The notes under the pieces: model-generated | What the model was told of the DNA's origin: nothing | The model's database searches: none | The model's input: the letters and a program-made list of their open reading frames with translations, nothing else | From: Clostridia bacterium | GTDB taxonomy: Bacteria > Bacillota > Clostridia > CAKSNL01 > HGM11501 | Length of the DNA stretch: 59,127 nucleotides | NCBI GenBank assembly: GCA_045644565.1 | Contig: JAZRHF010000147.1 | Location: 1-59,127 of the forward strand | Direction of reading: 5' to 3' | In this document: in pieces, positions 35,311 through 44,800 of the stretch | Position numbering within the stretch: position 1 is the first letter of the stretch | How the letters are laid out: each line of letters begins with the position of its first letter | Translations under genes and position numbers: made by a program

Positions 35311-37405
35311 ATATTCTGAAAAGTAAATCGCAGTATGTGGGATAGGGCCAGTATTTTTCAGAAACATTGGCTTCTATCTCGTCTGCCACGGTACGAAGGA
35401 GAGACATGGTGCTTACCACTTCATCCTTGTACGCCATTGCTTTCACGGAAATATCATCTTCCATTGAGCTTACCTTTTCAACCGCAACTTCAAGTTCTGC
35501 CACCTTTACGAATAAATCGTCGGTGAGAAGCGAAAGCTTTTTAACAAGTTCAGTTTCTGTCTTCAATGGCAAATCACCTATAAGATTGCGCTTTGCAAGA
35601 GCAGTTTCCGAAAGAGTTTTAACATATTCCGTAACCGCAGGAATGATTTCCTTTCTCACCATATCTATCATGGTAAGAGCCTCTATGTTAACGGTTTTGC
35701 AATAGTTTTCAAGAAGAATTTCACAGCGGGAATGAATTTCTCTCTCTGTATAAATGCTGTGCTTTGTGAAAAGTGCAACATTTTTTTCATCGGCAAAATG
35801 AGGAATTGCTTCGGGAGTTGTGGGATAATTGCTAAGCCCTCTCTCCTTTGCCTCCATCTTCCATTCCTCGGAATAGTTATTTCCGTTGAATATAATTCTT
35901 CTGTGCTCTCTGTATGTACGGCGGATGATTCTTCTCACCGCTCTGCCGAAGTCTTTTTCTTCTGTTGTTTCAAGCTCATCGGCAAACTGTTCCAGCTCTT
36001 CTGCCACAATAGTATTCAATATTGTGTTGGGTCCTGCAACAGAGAAGGATGAACCGGGCATTCTGAACTCAAACTTATTTCCCGTAAAGGCAAAGGGACT
36101 TGTTCTGTTTCTGTCCGTTGTGTCCTTCTGGAATGTAGGAAGCACATGAACGCCTACTTCCATGTTGGTCTTTGCTTTTTCGTCGTATTCTTCGTGCTTT
36201 TCAATAGATTCAAGTATTCCGGTAAGCTGATCTCCCAAAAACATTGAAACAATGGCAGGAGGAGCTTCAGCCGCACCAAGTCTGTGATCGTTACCTGCAT
36301 TTGCAACGGTAACACGAAGCAAATCCTGATACTCGTCAACAGCTTTTATTACAGCACTCAAAATAAGCAGGAACTGTAAATTTGCCTGAGGTGACTTTCC
36401 GGGCTCCAGAAGGTTAACTCCGGTATCTGTGGATATTGACCAGTTATTGTGCTTACCGCTTCCGTTAACGCCAAGGAAGGGCTTTTCATGAAGAAGGCAT
36501 ACAAGATTGTGCTTTGCCGCCGTTTTCTTCATAACTTCCATGGTAATCTGGTTATGGTCCGTGGCAAGATTTACCTCCGAAAAGATGGGGGCAAGTTCGT
36601 GCTGTGCGGGAGCCGCTTCGTTATGCTCTGTCTTAGCTAAAACGCCAAGCTTCCAGAGCTCTTCATCAAGTTCCTTCATAAATGCCGCAACTCTGGGCTT
36701 TATAGCTCCGAAGTAGTGGTCATCCATTTCCTGTCCCTTGGGAGGCTTTGCACCTAAAATTGTACGACCTGTGTACATCAAGTCTTTACGCTTTTCGCAA
36801 AGTTCTTTATCGATAAGGAAATATTCCTGCTCGGGACCAAGGGTTACTCTTACGCTTTTTGCAGTTTCGTCACCGAAAATGCGAACTATTCTCATTGCCT
36901 GCTTATTGATTTCTTCAACAGAACGCAAAAGAGGTGTCTTTTTATCAAGAGCCTCACCGCCATAGGAATAAAAAGCGGTGGGAATGCAAAGAGTGTCATC
37001 CTTGATGAAAGCATAGGATGTGGGATCCCAGGAAGTATAACCTCTCGCTTCAAAGGTGGCTCTTATACCGCCGTTGGGGAAGCTTGATGCATCAGGCTCA
37101 CCCTTTATAAGCTCCTTACCGGAAAACTCCATAATTATCTTTCCGGGGCCTGCAGGGGCAATGAAGCTGTCATGCTTTTCCGCCGTAACGCCTGTCATGG
37201 GCTGGAACCAATGAGTATAGTGAGTTGCACCCTTTTCTATTGCCCAATCCTTCATGGCACTTGCCACAATATTGGCAGTTTCAAGAGTTAAGCCTTCTCC
37301 ACCCTCTATGGTCTTTTTCAAAGTTTCGTAGACGTCTTTCGGCAGCATTTTTTCCATTGCGCTGTCATTAAAGACCATACTTCCGAATATTTCAGGAATA
37401 TTCAT
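35309..37405 (-). CDS. glnN: Type III glutamine synthetase
   Basis: 698 aa (GSIII size class). The N-terminus has [20 protein letters not shown], and core GS motifs are present (e.g. [10 protein letters not shown]). Confidence 0.85.
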   Translation of the reverse strand: MNIPEIFGSMVFNDSAMEKMLPKDVYETLKKTIEGGEGLTLETANIVASAMKDWAIEKGATHYTHWFQPMTGVTAEKHDSFIAPAGPGKIIMEFSGKELIKGEPDASSFPNGGIRATFEARGYTSWDPTSYAFIKDDTLCIPTAFYSYGGEALDKKTPLLRSVEEINKQAMRIVRIFGDETAKSVRVTLGPEQEYFLIDKELCEKRKDLMYTGRTILGAKPPKGQEMDDHYFGAIKPRVAAFMKELDEELWKLGVLAKTEHNEAAPAQHELAPIFSEVNLATDHNQITMEVMKKTAAKHNLVCLLHEKPFLGVNGSGKHNNWSISTDTGVNLLEPGKSPQANLQFLLILSAVIKAVDEYQDLLRVTVANAGNDHRLGAAEAPPAIVSMFLGDQLTGILESIEKHEEYDEKAKTNMEVGVHVLPTFQKDTTDRNRTSPFAFTGNKFEFRMPGSSFSVAGPNTILNTIVAEELEQFADELETTEEKDFGRAVRRIIRRTYREHRRIIFNGNNYSEEWKMEAKERGLSNYPTTPEAIPHFADEKNVALFTKHSIYTEREIHSRCEILLENYCKTVNIEALTMIDMVRKEIIPAVTEYVKTLSETALAKRNLIGDLPLKTETELVKKLSLLTDDLFVKVAELEVAVEKVSSMEDDISVKAMAYKDEVVSTMSLLRTVADEIEANVSEKYWPYPTYCDLLFRI

Positions 37406-37420
37406 CTAATCAATCCTTCC

Positions 37421-37891
37421 TTAATTGTCGCCAACCGGCTTATTTCTGATAAGAGCCTCAAGCTCGTCAATAAACGAACTTACGTCCTGGAATCTTCTGT
37501 AAACCGATGCGAAACGAACATATGCAATATCATTTATGTCCTTAAGCTTTTCCATAACCAATTCACCAATCTGTCTTGAAGTAATCTCCTTGGTCATGGA
37601 GTTGTAGATTTCAACTTCAATATCTTCTGCAATTTTTTCTGCTTCCTTAACACTTACCTCTGTTTTGTCACAAGCTCTCAAGATACCGGTAAGGATTTTT
37701 TCGCGAGAGAAAAGCTCTCTCTTTCCGCCGTTTTTAACCACCATTACGGGAACGTGTTCAACCTTTTCATAGGTGGTAAAACGTCTGTCGCAGGAAAGAC
37801 ATACCCTTCTTCTTCTCACAGTGGTATTTTCGTCTGTATCACGGGTGTCTAAAACCTTGGTTTCTTCATATCCGCAAAAAGGACAAATCAT
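37421..37891 (-). CDS. nrdR: Transcriptional repressor NrdR
   Basis: Zinc ribbon MICPFCGYEETKVLDTRD...CLSC plus an ATP-cone. Confidence 0.9.
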   Translation of the reverse strand: MICPFCGYEETKVLDTRDTDENTTVRRRRVCLSCDRRFTTYEKVEHVPVMVVKNGGKRELFSREKILTGILRACDKTEVSVKEAEKIAEDIEVEIYNSMTKEITSRQIGELVMEKLKDINDIAYVRFASVYRRFQDVSSFIDELEALIRNKPVGDN

Positions 37892-37910
37892 TAAAGTTCC
37901 CTCCGTTATC

Positions 37911-38345
37911 TTATTTCTCGAAGCTTGAAATTATGTCAATTCTTCCCTGATGTCTTCCGCCGGCAAATTCTGCTCCAAGCCATGAATCAACAATATCTGC
38001 CGCAAGCTCTGTACCTGTTACTCTTCCGCCTAATGCAATTATGTTTGCATTGTTATGCTCCTTTGTAAGACGTGCAGAGAAAGAATCTCTTACAAGTGCA
38101 CAGCGAATTCCTTCAAACTTATTTGCAGCGATGGAAATACCTATACCTGTTCCGCAGCAAAGAATTCCGCCTTCTGCTTCACCTGACTGAACGGCTTCTG
38201 CTACCTTCTTTGCATAAACAGGATAGTCAACGCTGTCTTCGGAATATGTTCCGAAATCCTTTACCTCTATTCCTTTTTTTTCAAGATGCTTTTTCAAAAA
38301 CTCCTTGAGCTGATATCCTCCGTGGTCACAACCTAATGCTAACAT
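37911..38345 (-). CDS. rpiB: Ribose-5-phosphate isomerase B
   Basis: LALGCDHGG and CGTGIGISIAANK motifs. Start is MLALG at 38345 with AAAGGA upstream. Confidence 0.85.
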   Translation of the reverse strand: MLALGCDHGGYQLKEFLKKHLEKKGIEVKDFGTYSEDSVDYPVYAKKVAEAVQSGEAEGGILCCGTGIGISIAANKFEGIRCALVRDSFSARLTKEHNNANIIALGGRVTGTELAADIVDSWLGAEFAGGRHQGRIDIISSFEK

Positions 38346-38350
38346 TAAAA

Positions 38351-39040
38351 TCAATCCTTTCCATTATTTTTTTCGTTATATTCTCTCTCTGCCTGAGAGA
38401 GTCTTAAATAGCAGGGGTTAAGCCCGTCAGGCTCTACGCCTTCCTCCTTTTGTGCGAGAAATGCCAGAGCCGACGCCTTCGCAGCACAAAGATGAAGCGG
38501 TGCAAAATGTGCTTTTTCTCCTAAAACAGAAGTGAAATACTCACAAAACGGCTTTACACCGTCACCTATAAATATTACCGGTTCTTTTATTTCATTTGCC
38601 AGTTCTTCTGCCGAAATAGCCCTCGGAGGAACGAGTTCTTTAAGTTCTCCATCCTCCCATTTGTACATTGCATTATAAACCTGATTTCTTCTTGCATCCA
38701 TTATGGGGCAAATAATTTTATCCGCAAAGGGCAAAGCAGCCGCTATTGTCTTAAGGGTGGATATTCCCACCACTTTTTTACCGCAACCGTAGGCAAGGGT
38801 TTTTGCAACCGTTACCCCAATCCTCAAGCCGGAAAAAGATCCGGGACCTTCCGTTACCGCAAAAAGGTCTATATCGGAAATTGTAAGCCCTGCTTTTTTA
38901 ACGGCACTTTCAGCCATGGGAAGAAGTGTTACAGAATGGGTAAGACCATTTTGCGAAAATTCCTCCGCCTTTAATATTCCGTCCTGTATTACCGCCGCAC
39001 TTGCCGCCACGGCAGATGATTCTATCGCAAGTATATTCAA
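38351..39040 (-). CDS. tsaB: tRNA t6A biosynthesis protein TsaB
   Basis: MNILAIESSAVAASAAV ... GPGSFSGLRIG motif. Confidence 0.8.
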   Translation of the reverse strand: MNILAIESSAVAASAAVIQDGILKAEEFSQNGLTHSVTLLPMAESAVKKAGLTISDIDLFAVTEGPGSFSGLRIGVTVAKTLAYGCGKKVVGISTLKTIAAALPFADKIICPIMDARRNQVYNAMYKWEDGELKELVPPRAISAEELANEIKEPVIFIGDGVKPFCEYFTSVLGEKAHFAPLHLCAAKASALAFLAQKEEGVEPDGLNPCYLRLSQAEREYNEKNNGKD

Positions 39041-39465
39041 GCTTCCTTCACCTCAATTATTCGGGAGTCTTCATTTTCGCCGTAGGTAATATGTATTTCT
39101 ACGGATCCTTCAGGCATTAAATCCAAAAAGGCATCGGGCCATTCAATAACCCTTACCGTGCCGTCTTTGAAATATTCCTCAAACCCTATATCAAAAAGCT
39201 CCTCTTCACTTTCCAATCGGTATAAATCGAAATGATACACTGTTTTATCCCCCTGATATTCATGAACAAGGGTGAAAGTGGGGCTTGAAACCCTTTTATC
39301 GGAACCATAGCCTCTTGCCAATCCTCTTGTAAAGGCGGTTTTCCCCGCCCCTAAATTTCCGAAAAGCAAAAACGTAGGGCTACCCGTATATTTTTTTGCA
39401 ATGCTTTCAGCAAAGCGTTCTGTTTCCGCCTCGCTTTTTGAAATAAATATCATTTTAATCACCAT
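39037..39465 (-). CDS. tsaE: tRNA t6A biosynthesis ATPase TsaE
   Basis: P-loop GNLGAGKTAFTRGLA and SPTFTLVHEY. The start may instead be the internal MIFISK at 39453. Confidence 0.8.
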   Translation of the reverse strand: MVIKMIFISKSEAETERFAESIAKKYTGSPTFLLFGNLGAGKTAFTRGLARGYGSDKRVSSPTFTLVHEYQGDKTVYHFDLYRLESEEELFDIGFEEYFKDGTVRVIEWPDAFLDLMPEGSVEIHITYGENEDSRIIEVKEA

Positions 39466-39493
39466 ACAAAAATACTTATAGCTATTTTATCAT

Positions 39494-39522
39494 ATTATAT
39501 CACACAAATTAAAGCTTTTCAA
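39494..39522 (-). promoter_or_regulatory. Sigma-A promoter (extended -10) of the tsaE operon
   Basis: On the minus strand: TTGAAA (39522-39517), a 17-nt spacer ending in TGa, then TATAAT (39499-39494). Confidence 0.55.
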
Positions 39523-39639
39523 CAAAAAATTGCACCAAAATAAAATTATGTTGACATAACCAAAGCCTGAATGTTTAATGATAGAAAAACGAGTAAAAAT
39601 GCGAAAGGAGCAATAAAAATCATGAAAATCACCATAAAT

Positions 39640-39690
39640 AAAAAAAGCTTGGCTGAAACCCTTATCGGGCGGTTCAGCCAAGCTTTTTTA
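39640..39690. terminator. Bidirectional intrinsic terminator after sigF
   Basis: 12-bp stem agcttggctgaa / ttcagccaagct (39646-39684) with an inner ccc/ggg pairing, flanked by A6 and T6 runs. Confidence 0.7.
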
Positions 39691-40395
39691 TTCCATAAAT
39701 TCTTTTAATTTTTCTCTTGCCTTTTTTTCGATACGGGAAACCTGCACCTGGCTTATCCCAAGCATATCAGCCACAGCCCCTTGTGTCATATTCCTGAAAT
39801 AGCGCATCAGAATAACCCCTTTCTCTTTTACGGAAAGCAGGGCCAACCCTTCTGTAATTGCCATTTTTTCCAAAGCTTCATCCTCCGGGGCTCCTTTATC
39901 CGAAAGGCGGTCCAGTAAAATTTCTTCCCCGGCAGAATCAGTTGGCTCATAGATGCTTTTAACTCCGCTTGAAGATTCAAGTGCCAGAAGAAGCCTGTCC
40001 TCCTCCACGGAAAGCCTTTCTGCAAGGGAAGCTATTGTAACGCTTATTCCCTCCGCTTCCATTTTTGCTTTTTCAGCCATGGCACTGCGGGAAAGCTCCT
40101 TAAGACCGCGACTGATTTTTATAGGTCCGTCATCTCTTAAAAACTTTCTTATTTCTCCCATTATCAAGGGCACGGCATAGGTGGAAAACCTCACATCGTA
40201 GTCATCGGAAAAGCGGTCAACCGCCTTAATCAGTCCCACCGCTCCTATCTGACACAAATCTTCAAAATCATATCCTCTGCCGGTAAATCTCAATGCTATG
40301 CTATGTACGAGACCCATATTCTTACAAATCAGTTCATCTCTGGCAAGTAAGTCACCTTCACTTTTAAGTCTTAAAAGTCTTTCATTTTCCGTCAT
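39688..40395 (-). CDS. sigF: Sporulation sigma factor SigF
   Basis: YDVRFSTYAVPLIMGEIRKFLRDDGPIKISR matches SigF. It is the third gene after spoIIAA-spoIIAB. Confidence 0.85.
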   Translation of the reverse strand: MTENERLLRLKSEGDLLARDELICKNMGLVHSIALRFTGRGYDFEDLCQIGAVGLIKAVDRFSDDYDVRFSTYAVPLIMGEIRKFLRDDGPIKISRGLKELSRSAMAEKAKMEAEGISVTIASLAERLSVEEDRLLLALESSSGVKSIYEPTDSAGEEILLDRLSDKGAPEDEALEKMAITEGLALLSVKEKGVILMRYFRNMTQGAVADMLGISQVQVSRIEKKAREKLKEFME

Positions 40396-40793
40396 ATCTT
40401 TTTAACCATGACCACCTTGGTGCCTTCCATAGGCTTGGAATAAACATCCACAGAATCCATAAAGTTCTCCATTACCGTAAAGCCCATGCCGCTTCGCTCG
40501 TGGTCGGGCTTAGTTGTAAAAAGCGGAGTTCTTGCCATGGTGATATCGGAAATGCCTCGTCCTTTATCCTCCACCGTTATGGTTACAAGCCGTCCGTTCC
40601 ATTGACAAGTTAAGGTAACATAGCCCGTCACCCCCTCATATCCATGGACTATTGCGTTGGTAACCGCCTCAGACACCGCCGTTTTAATTTCAGCAACAGC
40701 TTCGATTGTGGGATCAAGCTGAGATATAAAGGCGGAAACCACCATTCTTGCAAGGCCTTCATTTGCGGTTTTATTAAGAAAATCCACTCTCAT
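40392..40793 (-). CDS. spoIIAB: Anti-sigma F factor SpoIIAB (serine kinase)
   Basis: ARMVVSAFISQLDPTIEAVAEIKTAVSEAVTNAIVHGY and ERSGMGFTVMENFMD closely parallel B. subtilis SpoIIAB. Start is chosen at MRVDF (40793). The alternative upstream start at 40844 would overlap spoIIAA by 47 nt. Confidence 0.85.
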   Translation of the reverse strand: MRVDFLNKTANEGLARMVVSAFISQLDPTIEAVAEIKTAVSEAVTNAIVHGYEGVTGYVTLTCQWNGRLVTITVEDKGRGISDITMARTPLFTTKPDHERSGMGFTVMENFMDSVDVYSKPMEGTKVVMVKKI

Positions 40794-40797
40794 GAAA

Positions 40798-41148
40798 TTA
40801 TCCAATTCCTTCACCTCCAAGCGTAAGAAGTGCACCTTCAACATCGGAATGAATAGGTATTATCCTGTCTATTGCCGCCATTCGTAAAATTCTTTCAACA
40901 TAGGGCTTTGCTCCTGCCACAGAAGCACTTCCGCCAAGAGCCGATACATTTTTGTATCGTCCTATAATTATTCCGATTCCCGAACTATCCATAAAATCAA
41001 GCTCCGACAAATCGAAAATCAAGTTATTTGCTCCGTCCATTATCTTTTTGTCAAGATTAACCCGAAGCTTAACTGCACTGTGCTGATCAAGTTCTCCTTT
41101 CAGGCGGACAACCAGTGCCCCCTTTACTTCTTTATAAGTTTCTGTCAT
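40798..41148 (-). CDS. spoIIAA: Anti-sigma F factor antagonist SpoIIAA (STAS domain)
   Basis: STAS pattern LDFMDSSGIGIIIGRYK with the phosphorylatable Ser. It is the first gene of the operon. Confidence 0.85.
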   Translation of the reverse strand: MTETYKEVKGALVVRLKGELDQHSAVKLRVNLDKKIMDGANNLIFDLSELDFMDSSGIGIIIGRYKNVSALGGSASVAGAKPYVERILRMAAIDRIIPIHSDVEGALLTLGGEGIG

Positions 41149-41180
41149 TTAAATCTTCCTTTCTTTTGTATTTATTATTA

Positions 41181-41225
41181 CCATTCTTTCCCATAAAGTA
41201 ATATCCTTTGGCTTTATTTGTCGCA
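41181..41225 (-). promoter_or_regulatory. Candidate SigH-type promoter plus Spo0A-box-like element upstream of spoIIAA
   Basis: On the minus strand: AAAGGATAT (41209-41201), 11 nt, then AAAGAATGG (41189-41181), which fits RNAGGAWWW-N11-RNNGAATWW except for the last two bases. TGCGACA (41225-41219) is one mismatch from the 0A box TTCGACA. Confidence 0.4.
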
Positions 41226-41243
41226 TATTGACAAGCGTTTTAC

Positions 41244-41281
41244 AAAAAAAGACGGAAAGCTTAAAGCTTTCCGTCTTTTTT
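41244..41281. terminator. Bidirectional intrinsic terminator after the GH38 gene
   Basis: aaaaaaa-gacggaaagc-ttaa-gctttccgtc-ttttt. Confidence 0.75.
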
Positions 41282-41295
41282 ACATTTATTTACTT

Positions 41296-44200
41296 TTATC
41301 TCTTTACTTTGAGTGTTACAATTTCAAAGTTTGACACGGGGATGCATACGCTTCTTCCCTTAAGTTCAAGTTTTTCTTCTTCTCTTTCCATAAGGTCTGC
41401 AATATATACTTCCTTAACGTCAAAGCCAAAGGTAATGTTTGCCCTTGTGCTCATATTATAAGCATCATAAAGTCTTACGATAAGGTCATCAGAATCCTCT
41501 GCCTTTTTAATTGTTTCAACCAGCACATTTTTCTTATCGGAAGAAATAAGTGAATATTCATCTCCCATTTCACCCTTGTGTGCCTTTGTTTCAACGGACA
41601 GAAGAGGATTGTTGAGCTTATATGCTTCCTCTATTGTGCCACCCTCACGGAAGGAACCCTCGTGAGGATATATTGAATAGGTAAACTTATGCTCGCCGAT
41701 ATCCGCTTTGGGATCGGGATATGTAGGTGATTTAAGAAGTGTAAGTCCGATATCGCTTCCTTCTGCCTGATAACCGTACTTGCAGTCGTTAAGAAGGCTC
41801 ACACCATAGCCTGCATCGGAAACGTCAACCCACTTATGTCCCATAACCTCAAACTTGGAATAATCCCAGCTTGTGTTGGAATGAGTTGCCCTTTCAACGT
41901 GACCGAACTGAATTTCGTAGGTTGCCTTGTCTGCCTTCACATTCCAGGGGAAGTAAACTCTCAAAAGATTATGGTCTTCATTCCAGGAAACCTCTGTCTC
42001 AAAGTCAACCCTTGCCGCATTATCATAAAGAACGATTTTCTGTCTGATTTCACTCTTTTCAAGGCTGCGCTTTACCGTAAAGCCTGCACCGATACCGTCT
42101 TCGAAAGTATCAATTTCTGCAGGAACGGTAATTTCATACTTTTTATAAAGGTTTTGCTTATCAATGTTCCACGCATCGTGAATGGGCGAACGGTCTTCGT
42201 GATAGCAGAATACGTTGCCCTTTTTGCCGGGACGGAAAATTTCTCTTTCAGCCCTTTTATCATAAAGACTTTCAATGTTTCCGCATTCATCAAGCGTAAG
42301 TATAAAATATTTATTCTCAGCAGTTCTTCCTGAAATTTTAACCTCAGTTTTCTTTGCTGCAGGAGTAAGAGCCTTAAAGCCGAATGCCGGAATACCTTCA
42401 ACATGGCACTTTTCGCCGTTATATGTAACAAAGCCGTCAGATTCAAAGCTGTTGGGGTTGTATACCAAAATTCCATCCTTTGTTTCCATTTTTTCCGCCA
42501 TAGCAGAAAGCTTTTCCTTTTCTATTTCGCTTCCCTCGGCAATAATTGCTTCATACATTTTATCCGTATCATCGTAAACATCTCTTATAGAGCTTCCGGG
42601 AATTACGTCGTGGAACTGATTTAAGAGCACAGCTTCCCAGAATTCGTCAAATTTATCCTTGGGATAGCTTCCGCCGTTTATAAGATCAAGGGCAGAAAGC
42701 GCCTCAAGTCTCTGAAGCAGGAATTCGCATCTTCTGTTATAAAGCTTGTTCTTTGCCTGAGAGGTGTATGTTCCTCTGTGATTTTCAAGATAGAGTTCTC
42801 CCACCCACCTCGGAATTTCAGGCAGAGCCTTTGTATTCTCTTCAAAGTTTTTCTTGACATTTTCAATGTACTCTGTGGGATTTTCCATTTTCGTAACAGG
42901 GATTCCGGGGATTCCCTTTTCAATTCTTCTCGCCTGTTCAAGCATATCACGGGTAGGTCCGCCACCGCCGTCGCCATGGCCGAAGGTAATCATAGCTGTA
43001 TCATTAAGATCCTTCTGCTGATAACGCTCCCAGGTGCCGAGAACCATTGCAGGAGTTACTCTTCCCACATAAGTAGTATAGAAGCGGTCAGAACCGTGAT
43101 CCTGTGCAGTCATAAAACATGTAAATATTTCTGTTCCGTCAATGCCCTTCCAGTTAAAGGAATCAAAAGGCATTTTATTATCCTCGTTCCAGCTTATTTT
43201 TGAAGTTACAAAGCTTGTAATACCTGCTTTTTTCAGAATCTGAGGCATAGCTGCACTGTATCCGAATACGTCGGGAAGCCAGAGTATTTTATGCTCCACA
43301 CCGAACTCGTCCATAAAGAACTTCTTGCCGACAATAAGCTGACGAACCATACTTTCACCGCTTATAAGGTTACAGTCAGGCTCAACCCACATTGCGCCTT
43401 CGCTTTCCCAGCGCCCGTCCTTAATTGCCTGTTTAACCCGCTCATAGGTATAAGGATCTTCCTCTTTCAGATATTTATAAAGCTGTGCCTGGCTTGACAT
43501 AAACTTAAATTCGGGATACTGATTCATAAGGGAAAGCACATTGGCAAAGCTTCTCTGTGTTTTTTCCTTTGTCTGCGCATAGGTCCACTGCCAAGCCACG
43601 TCAATATGGGTGTGTCCGATTAATCCTACGTGGTCACACAGAGTGTTTTCCTTTCCGCACACCTTTCCGTAAAATTCGGTTTCAAGAAATTCATCGGCTT
43701 TTTTAATGCTGTCGTAAAACTCCTTGCTTCCGATATTTCTCATATCAATCATAAGGCACGCCTGCTCAAGATATTTAAGGATAAGCATGCTCTTTTCATT
43801 TTCATCGGGGAAGCAGCACGCCGCATCGTAAGGAACACTTAAATCATAATAGAGCTTTTCCATTAAAGTATCCACATACTGAATTCCTGCCTGGAAATCA
43901 TAGTCGGGACACTCGTTCATACCTGTGTAGAAATAGATATAAACATCATATTCCTTTGAAAATTCCAAAGGATATTCCGTGTGATTTATGTCAATTCCAG
44001 ATACAAGATGTCCGTCAAGATAAAGCATACCCTGAGGATTTAATGCATCCCAGGTACCGATATTTGAGGTTCTCACTCTTAAATAAGGCTTATGGTGCGA
44101 AAGCTCCTTATCGTCCTCGGTTTTTACCGTAAAATGAATCCATGAATGATTATCCCTTCCTCCGGGGATTTTACCTTTAAGGGGAGTAAATCGTTCGTCA

Positions 44201-44349
44201 TTTACCGGAATGTCACTTCCCTTTTTATAGTCGCAGGAAAAATATTCTATATTCTCCGCAAAAGAAACCTTCCCCTGCATCCAGCCTTTTACAAGCTTTA
44301 TTGTCTGGAATATATTTGTTTTATACTTATTGAATAACAAATTCATCAC
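41296..44349 (-). CDS. GH38 alpha-mannosidase (cytoplasmic type)
   Basis: 1017 aa. GHTHIDVAWQW is the GH38 N-terminal catalytic motif, followed by a central helical and C-terminal beta-domain pattern. No signal peptide. Confidence 0.85.
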   Translation of the reverse strand: MMNLLFNKYKTNIFQTIKLVKGWMQGKVSFAENIEYFSCDYKKGSDIPVNDERFTPLKGKIPGGRDNHSWIHFTVKTEDDKELSHHKPYLRVRTSNIGTWDALNPQGMLYLDGHLVSGIDINHTEYPLEFSKEYDVYIYFYTGMNECPDYDFQAGIQYVDTLMEKLYYDLSVPYDAACCFPDENEKSMLILKYLEQACLMIDMRNIGSKEFYDSIKKADEFLETEFYGKVCGKENTLCDHVGLIGHTHIDVAWQWTYAQTKEKTQRSFANVLSLMNQYPEFKFMSSQAQLYKYLKEEDPYTYERVKQAIKDGRWESEGAMWVEPDCNLISGESMVRQLIVGKKFFMDEFGVEHKILWLPDVFGYSAAMPQILKKAGITSFVTSKISWNEDNKMPFDSFNWKGIDGTEIFTCFMTAQDHGSDRFYTTYVGRVTPAMVLGTWERYQQKDLNDTAMITFGHGDGGGGPTRDMLEQARRIEKGIPGIPVTKMENPTEYIENVKKNFEENTKALPEIPRWVGELYLENHRGTYTSQAKNKLYNRRCEFLLQRLEALSALDLINGGSYPKDKFDEFWEAVLLNQFHDVIPGSSIRDVYDDTDKMYEAIIAEGSEIEKEKLSAMAEKMETKDGILVYNPNSFESDGFVTYNGEKCHVEGIPAFGFKALTPAAKKTEVKISGRTAENKYFILTLDECGNIESLYDKRAEREIFRPGKKGNVFCYHEDRSPIHDAWNIDKQNLYKKYEITVPAEIDTFEDGIGAGFTVKRSLEKSEIRQKIVLYDNAARVDFETEVSWNEDHNLLRVYFPWNVKADKATYEIQFGHVERATHSNTSWDYSKFEVMGHKWVDVSDAGYGVSLLNDCKYGYQAEGSDIGLTLLKSPTYPDPKADIGEHKFTYSIYPHEGSFREGGTIEEAYKLNNPLLSVETKAHKGEMGDEYSLISSDKKNVLVETIKKAEDSDDLIVRLYDAYNMSTRANITFGFDVKEVYIADLMEREEEKLELKGRSVCIPVSNFEIVTLKVKR

Positions 44350-44392
44350 CTCTTTTTTTATTATACATTAAAACCTAATTAAGGTCAATACA

Positions 44393-44421
44393 TTGACATA
44401 ATTATTTATTTGTGTTATTAT
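44393..44421 (+). promoter_or_regulatory. Sigma-A promoter with extended -10
   Basis: TTGACA (44393-44398), a 17-nt spacer ending in TGt, then TATTAT (44416-44421). Confidence 0.5.
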
Positions 44422-44472
44422 ATTGTAAAAGAAACAATTAACTCGTTAACTATCAAACAAGGAGGTTTATTT

Positions 44473-44757
44473 ATGTGGAAATGCCCAAAATGCAGTCAGA
44501 AGAACAGAATCAGCACCTGCTCAAAATGCGGATATGAAAAACCCGATGAGCCCAAAGGCTCCATTTCATCATTGAACTTCGTATTGATGGCAGTTTTGTC
44601 AATCGCAATTATCGTAGGAATTTTTATGGCCGTTGACAGCTATATAGAATTCAACAAAAAAATGAAGGCAGAAGAAACATATGAAGAATTCGTAAATGAA
44701 GCCGATTCCTCCGAAGAATTAATTTTCACGGAAGAATCCATTCCCGAAGCAGAATAA
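44473..44757 (+). CDS. Small zinc-ribbon / single-TM / acidic-tail protein (hypothetical)
   Basis: MWKCPKCSQKNRISTCSKCGYEK (2 x CxxC), TM segment FVLMAVLSIAIIVGIFMAV, and an acidic C-terminus. AAGGAGG lies 7 nt upstream of ATG 44473. Confidence 0.5.
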   Translation: MWKCPKCSQKNRISTCSKCGYEKPDEPKGSISSLNFVLMAVLSIAIIVGIFMAVDSYIEFNKKMKAEETYEEFVNEADSSEELIFTEESIPEAE

Positions 44758-44800
44758 AAAAAGGTTGAATGTCGCATAGCGACATTCAACCTTTTTATTT
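44755..44800. terminator. Bidirectional intrinsic terminator
   Basis: Perfect 15-bp stem aaggttgaatgtcgc-ata-gcgacattcaacctt with A and T runs. Confidence 0.8.

Noticed and set aside
39622-39708. A 28-codon ORF (MKITINKKSLAETLIGRFSQAFLFHKFF) with a good RBS.
   Set aside because: The reading frame passes through both arms of the strong sigF terminator hairpin and stops beyond its T-run, inside the sigF 3' end. It is unlikely to be a real gene.
41836-43842. Multiple 68-165-aa ORFs on both strands within 41.8-43.9 kb.
   Set aside because: All are nested inside, or antisense to, the continuous 1017-aa GH38 alpha-mannosidase frame.
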